Source: a virus. From it: a stretch of DNA of 47,491 nt. Both the position numbers and the translations under genes were made by a program. The stretch covers positions 1-47,491 of IMG/VR virus record IMGVR_UViG_3300037467_000655, one strand, 5' to 3'. This document shows, piece after piece, positions 40,739 to 47,491 of this stretch. Every line of letters begins with the position of its first letter. Position 1 is the first letter of the stretch. A model generated the notes under the pieces. It worked only from the letters and a program-made list of their open reading frames with translations. It did no database searches and was not told the DNA's origin.

Positions 40739-40763
40739 CAAAAAACCCGCTCGGGGCGGGTTT
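40739..40763 (-). terminator. Intrinsic terminator ending the repressor operon
   Basis: The minus strand reads AAACCCGC-CCCGA-GCGGGTTT followed by a T run, so T7 overall. An A/T run on each side makes it potentially bidirectional. Confidence 0.8.
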
Positions 40764-40834
40764 AATTGATTAGAGAAAAGGAGGGTAGGTGGAAACGGAA
40801 TTACCAAGCGGGCAACACGGCGTGCCTATGAAGA

Positions 40835-41080
40835 TTAATGCCGGTGACCTGGCTGAGCTGGAGTCGCGGAGTTATCAAGTTTCTCAAGTGCCTTCTGTAT
40901 ATCGCCTATCAAGTCACGTGCTTGTTGAGGCGTTAGTGCGTAATGGCGGCTCGGCTGAGCCTCTTCCATTGATTGCATCGAATGAGAAAGGAAGCGCGGA
41001 CGAAAAATAACAAGATTCAAGGGTAGCACTGGGCCGATCAGCCATTCGGTGACCGGGAACAAAGGTATTTCATCAGACAT
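40835..41080 (-). CDS. BssS-like small protein (candidate biofilm/regulatory factor)
   Basis: 81 aa from ATG 41080. 'FPVTEWLIGPV...LTPQQARDLIGDIQKALEKLD...GHRH' follows the layout I recall for E. coli BssS/YceP ('HPLVGWDIS...LTTDVARQFISILEAGIAKIE...YRRH'). Confidence 0.4.
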   Translation of the reverse strand: MSDEIPLFPVTEWLIGPVLPLNLVIFRPRFLSHSMQSMEEAQPSRHYALTPQQARDLIGDIQKALEKLDNSATPAQPGHRH

Positions 41081-41137
41081 AGGAGTCCCTCTTGTTATGG
41101 TTGATGTGGAAATCAAATCTTAACATGTAGGGATTCC

Positions 41138-41452
41138 TTATTTTTCCCCTCCCCATAACTTCCCAAAGTCAGGCGCACTCTTATCAGGTATCTTTTCCCC
41201 CTTCAGTTGCGCCAGCTCCTGTTCTAAGGCCAGGACTTTTTTCTCCAATTCAGATCGTTCGCCCTCAAGCCTTATAGCCCATTCGCGGGCCTGTAGCGCT
41301 TCCTCAGATATTTTGGTGGCCTTGGTGTGGAGGATTGACCGCTTCTCTACTGTGTAAAGATTCTCTGAGATCCGGCCAATCTGATTGAGATGAGTGATGA
41401 TCTTGTGAAGCGAGGAGATAGGCATTAAGACTGAGCGGAGCAGGGGGATCAA
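41138..41452 (-). CDS. Hypothetical coiled-coil protein (104 aa; TTG start, or 95 aa from ATG 41425)
   Basis: TTGA overlap with the upstream gene. 'ERSELEKKVLALEQELAQLKGE' forms heptads. Confidence 0.4.
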   Translation of the reverse strand: MIPLLRSVLMPISSLHKIITHLNQIGRISENLYTVEKRSILHTKATKISEEALQAREWAIRLEGERSELEKKVLALEQELAQLKGEKIPDKSAPDFGKLWGGEK

Positions 41453-41964
41453 TCCAAATCCAGGCCAAGCTTAGGAGAATAATTCCCTATGCTCTTGCCT
41501 GTTCTGCTGTCTTTAAATATCACAAGAGATAACTGCGAATTTCCGCCCATTTTGTAGTAGTCATACACCACCGCGGCGAGATTCTGTTTCATATCAAAGT
41601 CCATTTGGTAGAACGCTTGCTTGACCCAGACGTGAGGGTAATCTCCGGGAGTCGTGATTTTCTGAATAACTTCATACTTAATGGCATCTTCGATAAATTT
41701 CTTGCGAACCACCTGTTTTTGTTCCGTTTGTTTTTCTCTCTGTTTCTGTGGGTCATCGTATGTTTTAGCCACCTCAGCTTCTTTAGGTATTTTTATCCCT
41801 AGCTTTTGCGTAAGTTCATCGAAGCACGCTAAACGCTTCAAGCCGGTAGGGGCGGCTGCACACTTTGCTATCTCGTCTTTTGTATCAGCAAAGGCTTGTG
41901 CGCTAACAATGAAAAGCAGTGAAACCAAGAGCGCTGGCTTAATGATCATGTAAGCGTCTATCAT
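41449..41964 (-). CDS. Secreted/periplasmic hypothetical protein (171 aa)
   Basis: The signal peptide is 'MIIKPALLVSLLFIVSAQAFA|DT'. A Cys pair occurs in 'KCAAAPTGLKRLAC'. ATGA overlap with the upstream ORF. The segment is AT-richer. Confidence 0.55.
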   Translation of the reverse strand: MIDAYMIIKPALLVSLLFIVSAQAFADTKDEIAKCAAAPTGLKRLACFDELTQKLGIKIPKEAEVAKTYDDPQKQREKQTEQKQVVRKKFIEDAIKYEVIQKITTPGDYPHVWVKQAFYQMDFDMKQNLAAVVYDYYKMGGNSQLSLVIFKDSRTGKSIGNYSPKLGLDLD

Positions 41965-42206
41965 TTCTCTCTTCCGACTGCACGTAGCACCATTCGATAG
42001 AGCAGGATTGCTACCGTCCCCACCGCAAAGGTTTTACTTTCATACAAAAGCCCGGTTGCCACCGTCCCAAACCCCTTGTCCTTCGTGGTGAAAGTTGCCG
42101 CCCCTCCAGTTATTTCACCAGCCCTGGCCCGCGCGGCGAGAGTTTCAAAAGCCTCGACCGTATCATGAGAAATAGTTTCGCGAACAAAAGTAAATGGCTT
42201 AGTCAT
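41961..42206 (-). CDS. Hypothetical protein (81 aa) translationally coupled to the repressor
   Basis: The ATG lies inside the last codons of the repressor gene (8-nt overlap). The C-terminal segment 'FAVGTVAILLYRMVL' is hydrophobic. Confidence 0.45.
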   Translation of the reverse strand: MTKPFTFVRETISHDTVEAFETLAARARAGEITGGAATFTTKDKGFGTVATGLLYESKTFAVGTVAILLYRMVLRAVGREK

Positions 42207-42744
42207 TTCCTTTTTTTCTCCTTTGGAGTTGCCCCATATCTTCTATGGGCGGGTGGTTGTGGAACCTAGTGTCATGGGGATCAGGTGGAATATCAGGGCC
42301 AAGTCTGCGCTCTGGATTGTGTCCAATATCTTTCTTGCGGCGTTCTACTGGTCGTCTAGAAAGCAGCGCGCCCATATTCAATAAAACCTTGTTTGCATCT
42401 TTGTCTAGGTTCGCCATGAACGCGAGCATCTGCTCTTGTTCTTTTGTAAGAGCTTGATATTCCGCTTTTGGCTCTTCGACTGTTAAACGAACATCCCCTG
42501 TCAGGGAGAGGGCCTGGTGGGCTTCCATTGCTAGCCTTGGACTGATCTCCTCAAGCGGGCAGTCAAAACCTCGCGCATAGGCTTGCGCTGCTTCAATGCT
42601 TATCGGGCGCCTTCCAGTGATGTGCTGGTAAATCATCGACTGCCCGCCTTTCACCTTGAAATCCCTCGCAAAAGCTGCCCTGTTGACGCCCTGAAATCGC
42701 GCCGCCAACCGTTTTGCCTCTTCCTCGATAGTCCACATTTTCAT
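42199..42744 (-). CDS. XRE-family (CI-like) repressor without a recognisable S24 autocleavage domain
   Basis: 181 aa from ATG 42744. The HTH is 'FARDFKVKGGQSMIYQHITGRRPISIEAAQAYARGF'. The C-terminal half shows no Ser/Lys peptidase motifs. The track start at 42849 would run through the operators. Confidence 0.7.
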   Translation of the reverse strand: MKMWTIEEEAKRLAARFQGVNRAAFARDFKVKGGQSMIYQHITGRRPISIEAAQAYARGFDCPLEEISPRLAMEAHQALSLTGDVRLTVEEPKAEYQALTKEQEQMLAFMANLDKDANKVLLNMGALLSRRPVERRKKDIGHNPERRLGPDIPPDPHDTRFHNHPPIEDMGQLQRRKKGND

Positions 42745-42810
42745 ATGTAGCAATGCTATCGGCAAAAAACTGTAGCGTGGCTTGCTTTTTAACTGTAGCG
42801 GTGCTATAGT
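42744..42810. promoter_or_regulatory. OR-like operators (3 sites)
   Basis: TATGTAGCAATGCTATCGG (42744-62), ACTGTAGCGTGGCTTGCTT (42769-87) and ACTGTAGCGGTGCTATAGT (42792-810). The centres are 25 and 23 bp apart. Confidence 0.7.
42782..42810 (+). promoter_or_regulatory. PR-like early-right promoter
   Basis: TTGCTT (42782-87), a 17-nt spacer, then TATAGT (42805-10). Operator sites 2 and 3 overlap it. Confidence 0.65.
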
Positions 42811-42838
42811 TTGCACATCTTGATAACCATTTCCTGCT

Positions 42839-43084
42839 ATGGAAAGCATATTTGAACCTGTTAAGCGAGCTTGCGATGCGGTTGGAGGTCAGGCTGCGCT
42901 AGCGCGTTCCGTCGATGTTCCGCCAGCGTTTGTATACCAATGGATAAATAAAAAGCGTCCAGTTCCTGTTGGTCGTTGCATGGCTATTGAGAAAGCAACG
43001 AGCGGCAAAGTAACCAGAAGCGAGCTTCGCCCCGACGACTGGCACCTGATCTGGCCCGAACTGAAGCGCAAAAAAGCTGCGTAA
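42839..43084 (+). CDS. cro: Cro/YdaS-like HTH regulator
   Basis: 81 aa. 'ACDAVGGQAALARSVDVPPAFVYQWINKKRPVPVGRCMAIEKATSGKVTRSELRPD'. It is divergent from the repressor. Confidence 0.7.
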   Translation: MESIFEPVKRACDAVGGQAALARSVDVPPAFVYQWINKKRPVPVGRCMAIEKATSGKVTRSELRPDDWHLIWPELKRKKAA

Positions 43085-43094
43085 CTCCCCCTTC

Positions 43095-43385
43095 ATGCAA
43101 AGAAAAAGAAAAGAGAAGTTCGACAACCGTCGCCGGGTTGACTTCAACGATACGCAAGCTGACTTCTGCGACTCGAAATCCGATGAGCTTGGTCTGTCTT
43201 TCATGGCGTACATACGCAAATTGGTTAATGAAGAAATGGCACGTGATAAGGAATTATCACAGCCTTCAGAGCAAGGAAATACGTCCATTTCGGGGCAAAA
43301 CCGGACTAGTCCAGATGGACTATTAACGGCTGAACAAGTCGCGCAAGTTATCGGCGCTGCCATGAAGTGGAGAGGTGATAAGTAG
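43095..43385 (+). CDS. Hypothetical protein, possible ribbon-helix-helix DNA binder
   Basis: 96 aa. It has a basic N-terminus and 'VDFNDTQADFCDSKSDELGLSFMAYIRKLV', which is RHH/MobC-like. Confidence 0.35.
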   Translation: MQRKRKEKFDNRRRVDFNDTQADFCDSKSDELGLSFMAYIRKLVNEEMARDKELSQPSEQGNTSISGQNRTSPDGLLTAEQVAQVIGAAMKWRGDK

Positions 43386-43444
43386 TTCATGAGCGGCATT
43401 TTGAAGCAGCTCAGCAATACAAACAACATTTGTTGGAGGCAGGA

Positions 43445-43891
43445 ATGAATGTACTGGATGCAGCGCAGGACATAGGTAAAGACTATCCGGGCGGAATTGA
43501 GTCTCTTTATCCGAGACTCAATATGAAATCCTCTGCTCTCTTAAGAGCAAAGCTGAACCCGAACTGCGATACCAATCACCTTACTCTGAAAGAGTCCGTC
43601 GATATTCAACAGAAGTCCGGTCTGCACTACATCCTTTTTGCGATGGCTACCGAACTCGGGTATGCGGCTCCGATACCACTTCCAGACATTCACTCCAAAA
43701 ATGTCCCGCAAGGGATCAGCAAGATGTGTGCTGAATTTGGTGATTATCTCCGCACGGTAGATGAGGTTTTCGATGACGGGAAAGTTACTCCCAACGAAGC
43801 GAAATCTCTGCAAAAGGAATTAACACAAATGATCGCTGCCGCAGTTCGGCTCCAGTCGATATTGACCGGGAAGGGCGGTAATGAACCCTAA
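43445..43891 (+). CDS. CII-like regulatory protein (Phage_CP76-like)
   Basis: 148 aa from ATG 43445, with GGAGG 5 nt upstream. 'LLRAKLNPNCDTNHLTLKESVDIQQKSG...ILFAMATELGY...DDGKVTPNEAKSLQKE'. Confidence 0.55.
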   Translation: MNVLDAAQDIGKDYPGGIESLYPRLNMKSSALLRAKLNPNCDTNHLTLKESVDIQQKSGLHYILFAMATELGYAAPIPLPDIHSKNVPQGISKMCAEFGDYLRTVDEVFDDGKVTPNEAKSLQKELTQMIAAAVRLQSILTGKGGNEP

Positions 43892-43994
43892 ATTCAAGGC
43901 TTCCATGAAAGCTGCTCAGCGTATCAAGACGGCAGCGAACAAGAGAAGGGCGGTTTTGTACTGGTGCAAGGCTATTAAGAAGGCGCTCTCTTGA
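43881..43994 (+). CDS. Small basic protein (37 aa, below track cutoff)
   Basis: The product is MNPKFKASMKAAQRIKTAANKRRAVLYWCKAIKKALS. It bridges the CII-like and O-like genes with overlaps at both ends. Confidence 0.25.
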   Translation: MNPKFKASMKAAQRIKTAANKRRAVLYWCKAIKKALS

Positions 43995-44707
43995 GTATCG
44001 ACGCTATCTCCTGGGCATTCAAACAGGAAATTAAACCGTCATCCTTAAAGTTCGTGCTTGTCGCCTTGGCGGACAACGCTACAGCAGACGGTATGGCGTG
44101 GCCATCGATAAAGGCTTTGTGTGAAAAGACGAGTCAAGACAGAAAAACGGTAATCGCGTCTTTGGATAAGTTGGAAGAAATGGGAATTATCTCTGATAGC
44201 GGCAAGAGGACAGGGGCAACTGGGCAGGTGAAAGTCTACCGTTTTAACAGTACCGAAAACGGAACAGTACCGAAAACGGAACAGTACCGAATTTCCCATG
44301 AAACAGTACCGTTTTTCCGTGGTAACAGTACCGAAAACGGTACACGGAACCTTAAAGGAACCATAAAGGAACCTACTAGTAATACTGACGTATTACTTGT
44401 CGCTGATAGCGACCCTCCGAAATGCCCGCATCAAGAAATCATAAACCTGTATCACCGAATCCTCCCTGCTTGCCCTCGAATTAGAGACTGGACAGCAACA
44501 CGAGCCAAGGCGTTAAAGGCTCGTTGGTGCGAGAACAAAGAACATCAGTCCCTTGCTTACTGGGAAGCATTGTTCCGGTACATCGCTAGATGCCCGTTCC
44601 TTGTCGGGAAGTCTGGTGCGCGACCGTTCTTTGCTTCCCTTGACTGGATTTGCAAGGCAGAGAACTTCGCGAAGATACGCGAAGGCAGGTATGAGGAGGT
44701 GGCGTGA
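43991..44707 (+). CDS. Replication initiator (lambda O-like, N-terminal winged-helix)
   Basis: 238 aa. 'ISWAFKQEIKPSSLKFVLVALADNATADGMAWPSIKALCEKTSQDRKTVIASLDKLEEMGII'. Iterons lie inside the gene. Confidence 0.75.
   Translation: MSIDAISWAFKQEIKPSSLKFVLVALADNATADGMAWPSIKALCEKTSQDRKTVIASLDKLEEMGIISDSGKRTGATGQVKVYRFNSTENGTVPKTEQYRISHETVPFFRGNSTENGTRNLKGTIKEPTSNTDVLLVADSDPPKCPHQEIINLYHRILPACPRIRDWTATRAKALKARWCENKEHQSLAYWEALFRYIARCPFLVGKSGARPFFASLDWICKAENFAKIREGRYEEVA
44246..44343. repeat. Origin iterons: five copies of AACAGTACCG(AAAACGG)
   Basis: Copies start at 44246, 44263, 44280, 44302 and 44324. The first three are exactly 17 bp apart. The last forms the palindrome GTACCGAAAACGGTAC. Confidence 0.8.
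44346..44397. repeat. Phased GGAACC triplet (11-bp period) plus an 8-bp inverted repeat
   Basis: GGAACC occurs at 44346, 44357 and 44368. AGTAATAC-TGAC-GTATTACT spans 44378-44397. Confidence 0.7.
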
Positions 44708-45624
44708 ATAAAGTGTTCTTTGGCGACTGCCAAGAATCAATGCGGCAAATGATAGCTGATGGCGTAAAGGTTCAGATGGCTGTAACGAGTCCGCCTTACT
44801 TCGGACTGCGTGATTATGGACATCCTGGGCAACTGGGGCTTGAAGCAACTCCGCAAGAGTACGTCAGCAACCTGGTTGAAGTATTTCGTTTGGTCAGAGA
44901 ACTGCTGAATAAAGACGGAACGCTATGGCTGAATCTTGGGGATAGCTACGCTGCAAATCGTGGCTATCAAGTGGCCAGCACGCTAATTAATGGGCAAGCA
45001 ACGAATGAGGCTCAAGCCGCTGGAGGGAAGGGCAGCAAAGTACCAGACGGACTCAAACCAAAGGACTTGATCGGTATTCCTTGGCACGTAGCCTTCGCTC
45101 TGCAAGCAGACGGATGGTTTTTGCGTCAAGACATTATATGGGCCAAACCCAACCCCATGCCTGAGAGCGTTACAGACCGATGCACCAAATCACATGAGTA
45201 CATGTTCCTGCTGAGCAAGAGCGAGCGGTACTACTTCGACCATGAGGCGATAAAGGAGCCAGCCGTTATAGGCAACAAGCCGCGTAACTTTGGCCCGCAG
45301 GACAAGGACGGCGGCAGAGACGACGGCAACAAGCGTGATAACTATATTTGCGACGGAACCCGCAACCGCCGAAGCGTGTGGGAAGTGGCAACACAACCAT
45401 ACTCCGGCGCTCACTTCGCAACATTCCCTCCAGCTTTAATCGAGCCTTGCATTGCTGCCGGATCACGCCCAGGGGATGTTGTTCTTGATCCGTTCTTTGG
45501 ATCAGGCACAACCGGGCAGGTATGTGAGTCGCTAGGGCGGAAGTGGATCGGGTGTGAAGTCAATGACGCATACCTGCCGCTTCAGAAGAAGCGTACAGCA
45601 CAAATGGGGATAGCGTTCGCATGA
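44704..45624 (+). CDS. DNA methyltransferase (N6_N4_Mtase family, SPPY type)
   Basis: 306 aa. 'MAVTSPPYFGLRDYG', 'DIIWAKPNPMPES' and 'VLDPFFGSGTTGQV'. Confidence 0.85.
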   Translation: MNKVFFGDCQESMRQMIADGVKVQMAVTSPPYFGLRDYGHPGQLGLEATPQEYVSNLVEVFRLVRELLNKDGTLWLNLGDSYAANRGYQVASTLINGQATNEAQAAGGKGSKVPDGLKPKDLIGIPWHVAFALQADGWFLRQDIIWAKPNPMPESVTDRCTKSHEYMFLLSKSERYYFDHEAIKEPAVIGNKPRNFGPQDKDGGRDDGNKRDNYICDGTRNRRSVWEVATQPYSGAHFATFPPALIEPCIAAGSRPGDVVLDPFFGSGTTGQVCESLGRKWIGCEVNDAYLPLQKKRTAQMGIAFA

Positions 45625-46889
45625 GCCTCGAATCAGAACAATCCGTCCTCGGCGCACTGCTCCGCGATAACGGAGCATACGACCGCATCAACAACTTCCC
45701 GGTAAGCGCATTCCTTCGAGACGATCACAGGACGATCTATCGCTCGATGCAGATGATGCTGGATGCAGGCAAGTCTGTTGACCTGATCCTGCTTGCTGAA
45801 GCCCTGGACGCTCACGGAGATTTGGAAAGGGTAGGGGGCTTGCCTTACCTGACAAGCCTTGTCCAGTGCGTCAACACCTCAGCGAACATCAAGTACCACG
45901 CAAAGATAGTTCAAAACGCAGCGATCCTGCGGAACCTGCGGGCCAGCGCTGAGGAAATATCCACGGCCTGCGATTCTAAGCAAGACCCGCGAGAAATAGC
46001 AGAGGCTGCCGAAGCAAAGATTCTCTCCGTGCTTGATACCGGAACGGAGCGGGATTACGTCCACATCGGCGCTGCTGTTGCTGAAGCAATCGAATGGGAA
46101 GACTCAGACCATACCGGGCTGAAAACCGGACTTAGGGATTTGGACTCGCTCACTGGCGGGCTGAATAACTCAGACCTGATCATTCTCGCCGCCCGTCCTG
46201 CGATGGGCAAAACATCGCTGGCCTTGCAGATAGCTGAGCATGTTTCCAAGTCTGCTCCTGCTGCTGTTTTCTCCCTCGAAATGTCCCGCCGTCAACTCGC
46301 GGGAAGGATGCTCAAGTACCACACGAACATGACGAATCGCAGCGAAGCGGTACGTCACCTCTACGGCCTGAACATGCAGATCGACGATACGCCTGGAGTG
46401 ACTGTAGGGCATATCCGCTCACGTTGCAGGCGCATCAAGAGACAGCACGGTTTATCTCTGATCGTTGTTGACTACCTGCAACTGATGAGGGGCGACGGAG
46501 ACAACCGCAACCAGGAGATCGGCAGCATCAGCAGGGGACTCAAGGGAATGGCAAAAGAGTTCGACGTGCCCGTTATCGCTTTATCTCAGCTTAGCCGCAA
46601 GGTTGAGGAAAGGGCAGACAAGCGGCCTGTTATGTCGGATTTGCGCGAGTCGGGAGAGATAGAGCAGGACGCTGATTTGATCCTGTTTGTTTATAGGGAC
46701 GAGGTTTATGACCCAAGATCGGAAGCGGCTGGAACGGCTGAGATTATCTCTAGGAAGAATCGGCACGGCGCAATTGGCGATTGCCGCCTTACTTTTGAAG
46801 GCCAGTTCACCCGTTTCGGAGACTACTCCGGGCCAATGATTGAAAGGCAGGAAAAGACGGCAGAGCGCGGGTTTAAGGTGGGCTTTTGA
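45621..46889 (+). CDS. dnaB: Replicative DNA helicase DnaB
   Basis: 422 aa. 'SEQSVLGALL', Walker A 'ARPAMGKTSLALQIA', 'LIVVDYLQLM', 'ALSQLSR' and 'DADLILFVYRDEVY'. Confidence 0.9.
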   Translation: MSLESEQSVLGALLRDNGAYDRINNFPVSAFLRDDHRTIYRSMQMMLDAGKSVDLILLAEALDAHGDLERVGGLPYLTSLVQCVNTSANIKYHAKIVQNAAILRNLRASAEEISTACDSKQDPREIAEAAEAKILSVLDTGTERDYVHIGAAVAEAIEWEDSDHTGLKTGLRDLDSLTGGLNNSDLIILAARPAMGKTSLALQIAEHVSKSAPAAVFSLEMSRRQLAGRMLKYHTNMTNRSEAVRHLYGLNMQIDDTPGVTVGHIRSRCRRIKRQHGLSLIVVDYLQLMRGDGDNRNQEIGSISRGLKGMAKEFDVPVIALSQLSRKVEERADKRPVMSDLRESGEIEQDADLILFVYRDEVYDPRSEAAGTAEIISRKNRHGAIGDCRLTFEGQFTRFGDYSGPMIERQEKTAERGFKVGF

Positions 46890-47071
46890 ATGACTCCGAA
46901 CAATACCGCAGTGAATGCGAAGCAAGGTACGTGCTGGCAATGGACAGATACAGACGTGAGGCTTTTTACCAAGGCGTGTTTGAAAAGCGCGGGCGGGAAG
47001 CGGTGAACCAGTTAATTGAGGACGTGAACAAGATGCGAAGAGCAGATAAGGCTAAGGAGGCGGTGAAGTGA
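46886..47071 (+). CDS. Hypothetical protein (61 aa)
   Basis: Coupled ORF (ATGA-type overlaps). Confidence 0.4.
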   Translation: MNDSEQYRSECEARYVLAMDRYRREAFYQGVFEKRGREAVNQLIEDVNKMRRADKAKEAVK

Positions 47072-47250
47072 TTGATGGCGATGTGTTGCGCGGGCCAAAG
47101 GCGGTAATGAACATGATTAACGCAGGATGGCTGGGGATGGTGATTCCTAGATTATTTGGGAGGCGAACCAATTTTGAGTGTCCCGTTACAAAGCGCACCT
47201 TAACTGTCGTTGAGTGGCGAGGAAGGGAATACTGCCTGGAGTTTAAATGA
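47068..47250 (+). CDS. Hypothetical protein (60 aa)
   Basis: Coupled ORF with a GTG start. Confidence 0.35.
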   Translation: MIDGDVLRGPKAVMNMINAGWLGMVIPRLFGRRTNFECPVTKRTLTVVEWRGREYCLEFK

Positions 47251-47491
47251 CCCTCCGCCGCGCCGCCAAGGTAGACGCAAACCAGCCTGAGATAGTCGAG
47301 GCATTCCGGCGCATGGGTTGTTCTGTGCTGATTATCAGTCAGCTTAAGAACTGCTGTGACATTTTTGTCGCTCGCGGCAAGACAGCAGCGGTTGAGATCA
47401 AGGACGGCTCTCTACCCAAAAGCAAGCGCCAGTTAACAGAAGGCGAAATGGATTTCATGCATTCGTGGAAAGGGCTGTATTTCATCGTTGA
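47247..47491 (+). CDS. PD-(D/E)XK nuclease (VRR-NUC-like), N-terminal part; continues at base 128 of the circle (= 3..173 of this window)
   Basis: ATG 47247 overlaps the upstream TGA (ATGA). The ORF stays open to the window end and continues in frame at the window start. Confidence 0.6.
   Translation, partial: MTLRRAAKVDANQPEIVEAFRRMGCSVLIISQLKNCCDIFVARGKTAAVEIKDGSLPKSKRQLTEGEMDFMHSWKGLYFIV
47365..47491. repeat. Terminal direct repeat, copy B (identical to 1..127)
   Basis: See copy A. Confidence 0.95.

Noticed and set aside
40789-41010. 73-aa plus-strand ORF with an AAGGAGGG SD, antisense to the BssS-like gene
   Set aside because: The SD spacing to the GTG is only 3 nt. No promoter is evident after the terminator, the sequence is featureless, and the opposite strand has the family-like ORF. 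An antisense gene or RNA cannot be ruled out without transcript data.

Overview
The window is a complete, circularly closed temperate siphovirus genome with a lambdoid regulatory layout and HK97-type packaging and head genes. Bases 1-127 are identical to 47365-47491, so the unique length is 47,364 bp, and one nuclease ORF runs across the junction. No rRNA genes, intact tRNA genes or CRISPR arrays were seen.

Plus strand, in order:
- A nin-like region: DPPY methyltransferase, NinB, HNH and Ref-like nucleases, small membrane ORFs, and a Q-like antiterminator.
- A late promoter plus a short terminated leader.
- HNH, TerS(P27), TerL, portal, ClpP-type protease and major capsid.
- An unusual nine-gene block.
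- gp6-like connector, tail tube, a G/GT chaperone with a -1 frameshift, a gp10-like protein and the tape measure.
- Tip proteins, interrupted by a lipoprotein moron, then a J-like protein.
- A beta-helix tailspike, a terminator, and a second fibre with its chaperone.
- An accessory cluster: tail-anchored mini-proteins, a TraR-type zinc finger, a DEDD exonuclease with a zinc ribbon, and DUF3310.
- Holin candidates and a SAR endolysin.
- An inserted secreted S8 subtilase.
- Embedded Rz/Rz1.

Minus strand, in order:
- Tyrosine integrase, a candidate attP (a tRNA 3'-end mimic flanked by TGACGGA repeats) and an AlpA-type excisionase.
- The early-left operon: DUF2591, DUF1643, SSB, YqaJ exonuclease and many small ORFs.
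- A PL-like promoter with operators.
- A terminator-bounded four-gene cassette coupled to an XRE-type repressor.

Rightward from the repressor: PR, a Cro/YdaS-like protein, an RHH protein, a CII-like protein, an O-like initiator with internal iterons, an SPPY methyltransferase and DnaB.

Best candidates for something undescribed:
1. The four-gene cassette in the rexAB slot.
2. The secreted subtilase module that splits the lysis cassette.
3. The nine-gene head-region block with a LamG/tandem-repeat protein.
4. The late accessory cluster with the exonuclease fusion.

All family assignments come from motif recognition by eye. No database search was run.
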